A stretch of DNA of 64,000 nt from an uncultured virus (IMG/VR IMGVR_UViG_3300017719_000005) (lineage: Duplodnaviria; Heunggongvirae; Uroviricota; Caudoviricetes; Kyanoviridae): IMG/VR virus record IMGVR_UViG_3300017719_000005; one strand, given 5' to 3'. Below the pieces are notes generated by a model. It saw only the letters and a program-made list of their open reading frames with translations, was not told the origin of the DNA and made no database searches. Positions 9,174-18,600 of the stretch are shown piece by piece. Position 1 is the first letter of the stretch. Every line of letters begins with the position of its first letter. The translations under genes were made by a program, and so were the position numbers.

Positions 9174-9326
9174 TTAGCGTTTGTCAAGCGCCTGTGTGCG
9201 GTTTATGATCAGGACCTTCTCACCGTCATGGGTGAATTGTAACTCGTCATCAGGACCCCACAGCAGCTCCTCGTATAGGTCATCGAGTTTCTGCATGTCC
9301 TCGTACAGTTGGTTAGGATTTGGCAT
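9174..9326 (-). CDS. Small hypothetical protein (50 aa)
   Basis: Manual translation MPNPNQLYEDMQKLDDLYEELLW... Confidence 0.6.
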   Translation of the reverse strand: MPNPNQLYEDMQKLDDLYEELLWGPDDELQFTHDGEKVLIINRTQALDKR

Positions 9327-9681
9327 CACGTAACTCCTTACGCCACGCCTGTAGTTTGTCTTCCATTGTCTGTAGGATCATCATGAGATTCAATCCACCA
9401 GAATACTCCTGTGACAAGAGATCAATACGATCCTTGACATACTTCGCTTCATTGTCATTCTCATCAGTAGGATCCATCCCATGAGATGCTAGTGCCAAGC
9501 GTGAGTAAAATACTTTTTGCTTGGCGATCAACTCTAGGGTTTTCTCTACATGCTCCAGACGCTGCTCTGGATCAAACTCTTTAAGACCAGCAGACATCTT
9601 CAAGAGTTCTGTATAGCACTCCTGAATCTGCTCTACCTCATCTTTTACTACGTCGCTCTTGAAAAATTCGTTGTCAGTCAT
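9313..9681 (-). CDS. Conserved cyanophage protein (DUF1825-like)
   Basis: FFKSDVV...KQKVFYSRLAL. Confidence 0.65.
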   Translation of the reverse strand: MTDNEFFKSDVVKDEVEQIQECYTELLKMSAGLKEFDPEQRLEHVEKTLELIAKQKVFYSRLALASHGMDPTDENDNEAKYVKDRIDLLSQEYSGGLNLMMILQTMEDKLQAWRKELRDAKS

Positions 9682-9923
9682 AGGGGCAAGATCGCTTTGC
9701 TCGTTCGTTTAATGTAATTTAATTGCTGGGCGTCCCATTTGATTTTGTCCTTGAGTGGTTTAGAGATCAGTTTACTGACAGTTTCAACTTCAATCTCAAA
9801 CTCCTCACAAACAGACGCAACTGCTTCTATGTAGTTGATGAGTCCTTGGGAGTCTTTGACTCGCATTTCTACGAGTGAGGTAAACTTACCCTGAGTCATG
9901 AATTTTTCTTCAATCTCTTTCAT
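9678..9923 (-). CDS. gp33: Late promoter co-activator gp33
   Basis: NYIEA...KLISKPLKDKIK.DA..LN. Confidence 0.9.
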   Translation of the reverse strand: MKEIEEKFMTQGKFTSLVEMRVKDSQGLINYIEAVASVCEEFEIEVETVSKLISKPLKDKIKWDAQQLNYIKRTSKAILPL

Positions 9924-10594
9924 TTAAGTCCCTCGACATAGTAACGATACTCTTCGATCCATTTGATTAGGGTATCCATATAAGGTATCTTATCATACTT
10001 CTCTACAATTTGCATCTGCCCATCCTCTGCCACAGATAATGTAACAAGTTTGTCTACCTCAACACCAGTCATCTCGTAATACATGTAAGCATATGCTGCT
10101 TCCTGTACAAAGTATGACTTAAGATACTCCTCCTTCTTGATCCTAGTTGTGGTCTTGAAGTCAATGATTGCTAGAGAGTTATCAAACTCAGCAATACAAT
10201 CAACCCTACCAGCAAGACCCAACTTAAGAGAATGAAGAGGGGCTTCAATACAATGAATGTTAGAAATACGATCAAGATCCTTACGAGCAAACCCGAAAAG
10301 GTACTTGGGAAGACCTTTGCTTTCTTTAATTTTCTCCAAGTCATTGTTTAGATAGTGCTCCACGATGGTATGGTATTGGGTGCCACGCCACGATGCAGCA
10401 CGGCGGACACGCTCTGCCTCAGTGTATCCTACTCTCTTCTCCCAGGCAAGGATACCCGCCTTAGTATTATGACCGACAACAGTTGTGACGCTAGGCATCC
10501 AACCACTATCGGTCTTATAGAACCTTCCGTGAGGAAGAGTCCTGCTCTCTAACTCAGTGAGAGGAGAAGCAGGACCAACATAATTAAAAGACAT
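9920..10594 (-). CDS. PD-(D/E)xK exonuclease
   Basis: PSVTTV, AGRVDCIAE, IIDFKT. Confidence 0.9.
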   Translation of the reverse strand: MSFNYVGPASPLTELESRTLPHGRFYKTDSGWMPSVTTVVGHNTKAGILAWEKRVGYTEAERVRRAASWRGTQYHTIVEHYLNNDLEKIKESKGLPKYLFGFARKDLDRISNIHCIEAPLHSLKLGLAGRVDCIAEFDNSLAIIDFKTTTRIKKEEYLKSYFVQEAAYAYMYYEMTGVEVDKLVTLSVAEDGQMQIVEKYDKIPYMDTLIKWIEEYRYYVEGLK

Positions 10595-11359
10595 TCACAT
10601 TCCCATGTTAATTTTAGATACAAGATACTCTTTCACTAACCCAGACCTTACGATGTCCTCGATACCAAACTCAACACAGTCGAAGGATGGCATAGATTGT
10701 AGGATCTTCATGAAGTCAAGCACGCCATTGCGCTCATTAGATTTCAGTAGATCAGACTGGGAGTAGTCACCAGAGAAGATGATCTTAGCATCCTCACCAA
10801 CACGAGTGATAATGGAATCAAGCTCATGGAAGTTGAGATTACTAAACTCATCCACTATTATAATGCACCTGTCAAGTGTCACGCCACGAATGAATGAGGT
10901 AGACCAGAACGAGACAGACTCTTGTGCTCTGAGGTTAGCATACAGTGCTTCAAACGCATTGTCATCTGGCATCTCAAACATATACTTCACCATATTCTTG
11001 TATGGTATCTGGTATAGGTTTGCTTTGTCCTCGTGATCACCTGGCAAGAAACCAATCTCTCTCGTAGGCACCAGTGATCGGACCATGTAGACCTTCTCGT
11101 ATGGAGTCTCTGGGTCCAGGACCTCACGCAATGCTAAGTAAAGACTAATAAAAGTCTTGCCTGTGCCAGCGGCACCATGCAGGACTAGGTTTTTACCTTC
11201 AGCAAAAGAGTTGAAGATAGTTTCTTGATTGTCTGTGAGTGGATTAATCTGCTTGAGATGCTCAAGATTAATAGGTTTCTTTCTTCTCATTTGCTTTGCT
11301 GTGAGTGTCTCCAGTTTCATGGAGCGACGGCGTGTCTTGGACTTAACAGATGTTGGCAT
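10595..11359 (-). CDS. phoH: PhoH-family ATPase
   Basis: GAAGTGKT, GFLPG, RGVTLD, GD..QSDL. Confidence 0.96.
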   Translation of the reverse strand: MPTSVKSKTRRRSMKLETLTAKQMRRKKPINLEHLKQINPLTDNQETIFNSFAEGKNLVLHGAAGTGKTFISLYLALREVLDPETPYEKVYMVRSLVPTREIGFLPGDHEDKANLYQIPYKNMVKYMFEMPDDNAFEALYANLRAQESVSFWSTSFIRGVTLDRCIIIVDEFSNLNFHELDSIITRVGEDAKIIFSGDYSQSDLLKSNERNGVLDFMKILQSMPSFDCVEFGIEDIVRSGLVKEYLVSKINMGM

Positions 11360-11371
11360 AGAGGGTGTTGG

Positions 11372-11602
11372 TTAGGTGTAACGGGACAAGTTTGCTACGG
11401 GGTGGTCGGCTTGCATCTTCTGCATAACCTCTTTGAAACCATCGGACTGCTTAGGTTCTCCGTAGGTTACCCCACCGATACCTGCTTGCCAGTCCTTATC
11501 CCAGTCGGGATTATCTTTACGCCACTGATCATAGTTGACCATTGACATAGAGAATTCTTGTTTCTCGCCTGTCTTAAGATTCTTTACATTGTATGTAGGC
11601 AT
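11372..11602 (-). CDS. Conserved hypothetical protein (FmdB-like, MPTY start)
   Basis: Typical neighbour of phoH in T4-like phages. Confidence 0.7.
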   Translation of the reverse strand: MPTYNVKNLKTGEKQEFSMSMVNYDQWRKDNPDWDKDWQAGIGGVTYGEPKQSDGFKEVMQKMQADHPVANLSRYT

Positions 11603-11781
11603 TACAGACTCCTGCTTTGGGGCATAACTTGACTGCTAATATACTTAGCGGTAGGTATATCTGACTCAAAGAGTTGCTTTGATTCAGACTGCGACCGTGC
11701 TTCAACGATCTTATGGTGACGACGATTACCTGTAGCGGGTAGCGAATAGGTAATCATGTATCTGATTAGTTTGAAACTCAT
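11602..11781 (-). CDS. Small hypothetical protein (59 aa)
   Basis: Manual translation MSFKLIRYMITYSLP...; fills the gap exactly. Confidence 0.6.
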   Translation of the reverse strand: MSFKLIRYMITYSLPATGNRRHHKIVEARSQSESKQLFESDIPTAKYISSQVMPQSRSL

Positions 11782-12518
11782 TAGTCAATCCTCAAACAGG
11801 GTTGTATGTCTTGCCAGTATTGATCATCATCATTACATCCACAGTCCTGCTCAGGACACCAGTCCAGTGCCTTAGAGATAGTAGGAAACTGACAGATGAA
11901 ATGCTTCTGACACAGTTGAGCGATGTCCATGTGCTCCTGCTGAGTGCCATTAGAAGACCTCAGTTGGATGTAATGGATCCATGAACGCACAGAGCCAGTC
12001 ATGAAAATTCTGGTGGGTGCGGCAAGGGGGAGCACAAAACGAGCACACTCCTTTGCAATACCTTCACGCAGTAATTCATTGTAGAGATCCATTCCCTCAA
12101 TAAAGTATTGATGGATGCGTCCCTGTAAGAATGCTTTCTGCTCTACATCTACAGCGTCAATACTATTCTGACGATTCTTAGTGTCTTGCAGTCGTAGATC
12201 AGGCACCTCAATCATTTCACTCAGCAGATTAGTATCTGCATAGCGTTGTGAGAACTCTTGATAGGTGAAAGATCTATGCCTCAGGATCTGAGCTGCCAGT
12301 CCCCTGGTAGTGTTGATCTCAAGCGTCATGAATGCTTGCTCAAAGACACTCCAGTGCCCATGCTTGATGCAATACTTCAGTAGACCAGCAACCTCAGGGT
12401 TGTCCTGGTTGTTTGGGTTACTCACACGAGCAACATATCCCATGTGCTTCTCAGCATCAGGGGTCACAGATACCATACACACCTTAGAGGAGTGCTCTAC
12501 AGGAGAAATTTTAGTCAT
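11781..12518 (-). CDS. thyX: Flavin-dependent thymidylate synthase
   Basis: HWSVFE and RHRSFTYQEFSQRY signature. Confidence 0.97.
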   Translation of the reverse strand: MTKISPVEHSSKVCMVSVTPDAEKHMGYVARVSNPNNQDNPEVAGLLKYCIKHGHWSVFEQAFMTLEINTTRGLAAQILRHRSFTYQEFSQRYADTNLLSEMIEVPDLRLQDTKNRQNSIDAVDVEQKAFLQGRIHQYFIEGMDLYNELLREGIAKECARFVLPLAAPTRIFMTGSVRSWIHYIQLRSSNGTQQEHMDIAQLCQKHFICQFPTISKALDWCPEQDCGCNDDDQYWQDIQPCLRID

Positions 12519-12813
12519 TCTTAGGGATAAGCAGGCGAGAGATTACGATTAGTCCCATGCTTGTCCAGTAGGTTAGCACAGGTAGTGCGAATAAACCTGG
12601 CATAAACATATTCCAGATAAACATCAGCACCAGTGGTGAGATGAAGAGGGTGCCGAGTCCTGCAACAATAGATTTACCCATCTCAATGTTGCTCAGTTTC
12701 TCCTGCTCCTCTTCTTCTTTCTTCAGGGCAGCATCCACTGCTGCCTTCATGTCTTCAATCTGCTGCTCAGCAGACTGTCTAGGGTCGAAGTAAACTTGAT
12801 CTCCTTTAGTCAT
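12511..12813 (-). CDS. Hypothetical membrane protein
   Basis: Two C-terminal hydrophobic helices. Confidence 0.6.
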   Translation of the reverse strand: MTKGDQVYFDPRQSAEQQIEDMKAAVDAALKKEEEEQEKLSNIEMGKSIVAGLGTLFISPLVLMFIWNMFMPGLFALPVLTYWTSMGLIVISRLLIPKND

Positions 12814-13088
12814 CCTTTGCCCTTGGTTACCTTTGCTGGGGGTTTGTTTGGATCTTGCCATAGTTTGGGATTGATTCTTCCTTCTGCTTGTTTGTACCAT
12901 TTCAGATCATGTTTATACTTGTCCCAATAATGGTCAAAGATATCAACATTCTTTCCGCTGGTAACGATGTCATAGTGCTCTTGACCTTCAATCAGATAGC
13001 AAACGATAAACGCTGACGTTGGTAGCGATCTATCCTCTGCTGCTTGAAGGTCACAATCTGATTGTAAGGTTTTAATCCCTCTACTCAT
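12810..13088 (-). CDS. Conserved cyanophage hypothetical protein
   Basis: DIFDHYWDKY...GRINPKLW. Confidence 0.7.
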   Translation of the reverse strand: MSRGIKTLQSDCDLQAAEDRSLPTSAFIVCYLIEGQEHYDIVTSGKNVDIFDHYWDKYKHDLKWYKQAEGRINPKLWQDPNKPPAKVTKGKG

Positions 13089-13525
13089 CGAGCTCGTCCC
13101 CCCCACTCAATAGAAGGAAATGCATCCTTAACTACTGACTGTGTGATGCGGTATTTCTTATGGAGTGTCTTATTCACTGCTTTGATAAGGACTTCTGCTT
13201 CACTCTCATGCAGTCCTTCAAGCATCTGAATAAACATGCTCTCGATCTTCATCCCAGGCAATGTATCGTCACCACCCTTGAAGAATCGATAGAGTTTCTT
13301 ACCCTCCTTCTCCAACAGTGTGTGCTCAGTGCCAACAGGTGCTTCGTTAGGACGATAAGGGACATCTTCACCCATAGGGACACGAGGTTCTATGCTCTCA
13401 TCAAAGTTGATGATGAAGATAGACCTTAGTGTCTGGGTGTTGTTGTCTTGCAAGATTTTAATCTTTGCTGCTTTCGTCTTAGCATTATGTGCTTTCTGAA
13501 GCACTTCAGAAATCATCAGTTTCAT
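13085..13525 (-). CDS. Conserved T4-like hypothetical protein
   Basis: LMISEVL...FIQMLEGLH..EAE. Confidence 0.75.
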   Translation of the reverse strand: MKLMISEVLQKAHNAKTKAAKIKILQDNNTQTLRSIFIINFDESIEPRVPMGEDVPYRPNEAPVGTEHTLLEKEGKKLYRFFKGGDDTLPGMKIESMFIQMLEGLHESEAEVLIKAVNKTLHKKYRITQSVVKDAFPSIEWGGRAR

Positions 13526-13547
13526 GGTTTAGATAGTAGGTTTACAT

Positions 13548-13784
13548 TCACTCTTCGTCATCAATCATATCATCTTCATCTGCGATCCGCAAGTAGAGGA
13601 GCTCAGCTGGGTCTGCCATGCCATCTTCACCCTGCATTTCAGGGTGCATAACAACAGCAGCATACTCTGCTCTATCTAACCACAGATCAAACACATGCTT
13701 CAGGTTCCATGATGCGATAAACCCTAGAAGAAAGGATCCTAGGGTAAGAAAGAAGGCAATGTACAGAAATGTAAGATCAGCCAT
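13548..13784 (-). CDS. Small membrane protein (DUF2973-like)
   Basis: N-terminal TM helix followed by HPEM. Confidence 0.6.
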   Translation of the reverse strand: MADLTFLYIAFFLTLGSFLLGFIASWNLKHVFDLWLDRAEYAAVVMHPEMQGEDGMADPAELLYLRIADEDDMIDDEE

Positions 13785-13809
13785 GATGCCTCCTTAAGTC
13801 TTGTTAAAA

Positions 13810-14163
13810 TTATTTAGCAACCTTCTTACGCCTTCCAGGTTTCCTCTCGGCATGATACTGCCAAGCGCCCTCCAGGATGCTGTAGAGGTAGTCTCTGATC
13901 TTTCTTGCCTTAGGTTTGGGGATGTGACCATACGCTTCGCGTAGCACTGGGTCCCCCCCTTTGATGTAACCATTTAACTCCTCCACGGTGTTACTCAGTT
14001 GTGCTGCAGTGGATGACTCAATGAAATCATTTGTTTCACGTCGTGTCCACTTCGCTTGCTTGAGATAGTTGTACATCTTGAATAAAAATTTCTGATTGAG
14101 CATTGCCTCATCGAGTGCTCGCTCTACCAGTTGATAGACTTCAGTTGTGTCTTTTGTCTTCAC
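13810..14163 (-). CDS. Conserved cyanophage hypothetical protein
   Basis: REAYGHIPKPKARKIR. Confidence 0.7.
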   Translation of the reverse strand: MKTKDTTEVYQLVERALDEAMLNQKFLFKMYNYLKQAKWTRRETNDFIESSTAAQLSNTVEELNGYIKGGDPVLREAYGHIPKPKARKIRDYLYSILEGAWQYHAERKPGRRKKVAK

Positions 14164-14408
14164 AGTAAGTTGTTTTCTCTCAGATACTTAACAGTTTCAG
14201 TGCATCCACCCATCTGTCGTCCATTGATTAGAACTTGAGGGAAGGTAGCACCATTACCAAACTCTTTATAGAATTGGTCTCTTGTAAAGTTAACATTTAA
14301 TGTGAATTCTGCAAAGGGATAACCTTTCATTCGATACACTTCTTTAATTTTAGTGCAGAAAGGACACCCAGGTCGTGTGTAAATTGCTGTGTTGCCAGGT
14401 TTTGCCAT
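14160..14408 (-). CDS. nrdC: Glutaredoxin
   Basis: CPFC active site, TFPQV, GGC. Confidence 0.93.
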   Translation of the reverse strand: MAKPGNTAIYTRPGCPFCTKIKEVYRMKGYPFAEFTLNVNFTRDQFYKEFGNGATFPQVLINGRQMGGCTETVKYLRENNLL

Positions 14409-14427
14409 CGTAATATATGAGAGAGAA

Positions 14428-14451
14428 TAAAAAAGGGTCCCGAAGGACCCT
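14428..14451 (-). terminator. Rho-independent terminator
   Basis: AGGGTCC-TTCG-GGACCCT followed by a T tract on the minus strand. Confidence 0.85.
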
Positions 14452-14484
14452 CAACAGAGCATCAGATTCCGTCTAAATTATATA

Positions 14485-14862
14485 TCAGAAAGAATACTTG
14501 ACGCCCAGTTTCCCACCGTAGCCACGGTCGATGTTGTCATCGCCACTGCCCACGAATGAGACTTCACCATACGCACCCAGAGCATCGCTCAGGGAAACAC
14601 CGACACCTGCCTTACCAGAAGGAACCGTGTCATTCTCAGCGCCATCAGGAGAAACCAAAGTAGCGCCGCCCTGGACATAGTATGAAGCGGATTCGCCCAG
14701 AGCACCTTCATACCCTACGTGAAAATCCGTCGCGGCACCAGAATAATCTGCGCCAGTCCAACCAGCATTGGTTTCTACGTTAACGTAGGGACCTGCGAGG
14801 GCAGCAGACGGAGCCACAATTGCGGCAGTGGCGGCGAGAGTTGCGATTGCAGTTTTGATCAT
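14485..14862 (-). CDS. Small outer-membrane beta-barrel-like protein
   Basis: Signal peptide, alternating beta strands, C-terminal KYSF. Confidence 0.75.
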   Translation of the reverse strand: MIKTAIATLAATAAIVAPSAALAGPYVNVETNAGWTGADYSGAATDFHVGYEGALGESASYYVQGGATLVSPDGAENDTVPSGKAGVGVSLSDALGAYGEVSFVGSGDDNIDRGYGGKLGVKYSF

Positions 14863-14978
14863 TGAATTAATACCTCTTAGTGTTTTCTTGTGGAGTGTTT
14901 ACCCACAGATGATAGGGGATTCGACTCTCCCCGTGTGTAGTCTGTAACAATCCGTAACCTTAGTTGGTCACGGTTGGT

Positions 14979-15009
14979 TATTTATAGCAGTTTAATCTCC
15001 AAATGTCAA
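14979..15009 (-). promoter_or_regulatory. Overlapping sigma70 (TTGACA-N17-TATAAA) and late (TATAAATA) promoter
   Basis: ttgacatttggagattaaactgctataaata on the minus strand. Confidence 0.7.
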
Positions 15010-15224
15010 TCCCTTGTGCCAGTTGGACAACGGTTAACCTTCTTGATCAACTGCTCGGACAGATCATAGTGCAGCTCATGGCATTCTGTCAAGACATAGT
15101 ATCCAGTGAGATCCACTCCATCATCTGTCCATCCATAGGTGATTATGCGCTCATGCACGTCATCTGAGTCCAGAAGTTTATCCGTATTGAGATAGTGATT
15201 ATACTTCTGGTGCAGATTGATCAT
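15006..15224 (-). CDS. Hypothetical protein
   Basis: ORF track; operon packing. Confidence 0.6.
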   Translation of the reverse strand: MINLHQKYNHYLNTDKLLDSDDVHERIITYGWTDDGVDLTGYYVLTECHELHYDLSEQLIKKVNRCPTGTRD

Positions 15225-15603
15225 GGTCTGAAAGTTCCTTGGACTTACTAATTATATCACGAATCTCTGACATTTGTCCAGTCGTTAGATTCTCTTCAGG
15301 TTGAGTAACATCTTCTTGGGTGTCCTCTGCAGGGGAGAGTGACTTCTGGACTGCCTCCAGGTCTTCTATCATACCAACAGGCACGAACCCACCACCAAAT
15401 GCTTGAGTCTTGCCAGGTTTGTGATCCATACCCTGCACCTCTGCAAGGTTAGACCTCCAATACTTCTGCATTTTCTTCATCATCTTCTTACGACCCTTGG
15501 GATCGTCTTTGTATTTCTCAATGATCCTCCTGAGTGCTTTCAACTCACGGGAGGTTTTCTCCATGGACCTCTCTGCGTGTCCAGTATTACCAAATCCTGC
15601 CAT
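15199..15603 (-). CDS. Hypothetical protein
   Basis: Follows the 1535-aa gene after 2 nt. Confidence 0.65.
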   Translation of the reverse strand: MAGFGNTGHAERSMEKTSRELKALRRIIEKYKDDPKGRKKMMKKMQKYWRSNLAEVQGMDHKPGKTQAFGGGFVPVGMIEDLEAVQKSLSPAEDTQEDVTQPEENLTTGQMSEIRDIISKSKELSDHDQSAPEV

Positions 15604-15605
15604 AA

Positions 15606-18600
15606 TTACGATGTTTGTGTGATGATTAGTTTGAATTTAACACGGTGTTTGTCTCTGTCAGAGCTAGTATACCACACAGGTGAGTTTTTGTTGTGTGATT
15701 CTTGATAGAATGCTTCCTTCGCACTCCTCCTCATACTATCTCTTTCATAGAATGCAGCAAGGTTACGTGGTAACGTAAAGTTGCCCTTCATGTCTGGGTA
15801 GTAAGGTGATGTGTTTGGATCTTCCATTGCATTATAGGCAGCATCAGCAGATTGTCCACCACCGCTAGTAGTTAGGTCTGCAATTACCATTGTAGCATTA
15901 ACGTCAAATCCATTCGCTGCATTGTCATCCCATTGAATCGTCTGACCACTGTCTCTGATTCGGAAACCAGCATCTCCACTTTGCTCACCACCTAACCAAG
16001 TAAATCCTTGCTCATCATCGTCTGCATCAACTTGGAAGAGTGAAGTGAAACCACGATCAGGTAGACCATGTTCGCTATCTGGATCAGGGAAATATCCGAC
16101 CGCTTGTTGGTGAAGCTCTGGATCAGTAAGGTATTCTGGATGATCATCCCAACCTTGTACAATTACATCCTTTGCAAAGTTTGAAAGTGATGTAATGTCA
16201 CCAGCGTTAAATGCCTCTCTAGCATTTGCATATTGACCAGCCTGACCATTGATAGTCCAAAGATATTTGTTGCCACCAGTAACAGAGAAGGATCGAGTCT
16301 GGTTGCCAGTCTCGCTGTTACCCTGATCAAATGTCTGACCTTCAATAACCAGTTTACCAACTGCTTGACCAGATGTGCTGGGTTGATCATCCCAATCAAA
16401 GTCAAGTGTAATGGTGCCACTACCAGCACCCTCAACCTGAATACCTGTGCCATTAGGCAAGAAGTATGCAGACAGGGTGCCCGTCGCTCCCTGGTCGTAT
16501 CTCCTAGGTGGCCACGTAAGATCATACTCCTGCCCCTGAGAGTATCCTATACCCGTCTGTAGCACCTCCATAAGGGTGATGGCACACATCCACCTCTCAG
16601 GGTTGGCAACACCGCCCTCTGGTTTGCCCTGCTCGTTAGGGATTCCCTTAGTGGAGTAGAAGGTGAATCCAATCCTAACCTTTGCATACAATGAAGCTGC
16701 TACGCTCACATTCTCAATAGCATCATTCTCAAACTCATTACCATCTAGGTAGTAGTCCTGAGTGAAAGTATTTGCACTAAAGAAGTTTGTGCCACCATCG
16801 AATACTGATGCTGCTGTTGACTGACAGTCAGCAACTACATACCAGGGTTTCTCTTGTCTAGCAAAGCAGACAGGAGACTTGTTGAGGAATGTGTTACGTT
16901 GAGGGATTGTTCCATCACCCTGATCGAATCGTGTGACTAGATGTCTTCTTACAAAATCACCATAGTCACCACCCAACACCTGCACACGATACCCTTGCCA
17001 GTTTCCTCTTTCATATTCAGATGCTGAGTCCTCAGGATATCCTGTGTCGCAATACCCTCCCGTGACATTAGGAATCAGAGGGTTGAAAGTATCTCTAGCC
17101 ATGCCACCTAGAATTGCAGGGTTGTTCTGTAGCAGACCATGCATCGATGTGATGGTGGAGTTTTCATATACCTTGGTAGATGCCTGCTTAGGACCAGCAG
17201 ATTTCTTGTTAGGTTTGGCACGATCATGCCAAGTGTCACCAATCATACTACCTGCTCTCGTCTTGCCATCTGCCTTGGCATTGATCTGAGATCCATATGA
17301 TGGATAGAATTGGAAGTTTATTCCAACCACAGCACCAGCAGATTGAATACTAAGTAACTGTGTGTTTGCCATCATCATAGGACTGAGTGGGTTATCACCA
17401 GACACTGTTGTCAACTGGAGACCCCACTGCATCTCAAACTTACCTGTGTCTACATTCCATAGAGCACAGTATGGTGTGATCGTTCCTGTAGGTGGACCAG
17501 TGATAATTGACTGCAGTTTGAAGTTAAGTTTGTCTCCAGGCGAGAGGGAAATGGTGCCATCATAGAGGTCTTGCCCAATAGTCGGCCAGTCCCCAGCGTC
17601 ATACCTCTGCGAAAAGATCTCCGATCCATTCTTTTTCATCCTCATTTTGAATCTGATGCAGTCACCTGTGCTACCACCAGTGATACCACCGAAGGACTTC
17701 AACTTAAAGTTACCACCTGTGATCGTAGTAATAGTTTGGTTACGACCTTGTGAGATTGAGTAGTCCCCGTCACACTTACCACACTCATGGTTTTCATCCC
17801 ACTCACCAAATGTGATAGGTGAATCGTTACCACACCCCTGACGTTGGAGGATAACATCCTTAAAGTTTTTCTTAAATGACTGAGGATCACATGGGTTAGA
17901 CAGATCAATCTTCAGCATCACAGGCTCAGGTCTGTTGTCTGCAAACACATAGCACTGAATACCCTCGTAAATGTAACCAGGATAAGCAGTAAACTCTACA
18001 GTATGCCAAAGGATCAGGTCATCATAGTCATCGTCACCATCAATAAGGTCTTCCCACATCTGTTTGTTGGGACCCTTCCACTTGGTGTAGTCCTTCTTGT
18101 CCTCAGGATTCCACTCCTTATCTGAGAAGAGGATGTAATCATTCTCCTTGGTATCAATACCACTACCACGGAATCCAGAACCATGACCGTTGGAGTGTGA
18201 GTTGATATTAAATGTCTGGTTGGTGCTCAGACTGTTTTGACCAGCACCATCAGACAGCAGGAAGAATCCCATGGTGCCACCTTTATATGCCTGCAACTCA
18301 GACACACTGATTGTGACGACGTTGGTCTCGTTACCACCACCCTCTTCAGCATTCTTAGCACTAGGCACAACGATCTTGCCCCACTGAGGACCACTGCTAT
18401 TTGCTAGGTAGTAACCAAATGCATTGTCGTATCCTGCCTTACCCTTCTCCACATCCAGACGGACGGTAAGATCAGTAGTAACCTTCTGAGGGATACGGTA
18501 TGCAAACCTGCTCCGTGAGACCCTCTGAGGGATGGTGTTGTTCTGTGGGTCAATTGTATACCTATGGTCACCTGTGGAGGGATTGTAGAAGCGATGAAGT

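Noticed and set aside
9920..10594. Cas4-like nuclease suggesting CRISPR
   Set aside because: No repeat-spacer array or other cas genes were seen; this is the usual T4-like exonuclease beside phoH.
14915..14935. GTCGAATCCCC resembling a tRNA T-arm
   Set aside because: No acceptor, D or anticodon arms can be formed; treated as a leader hairpin.
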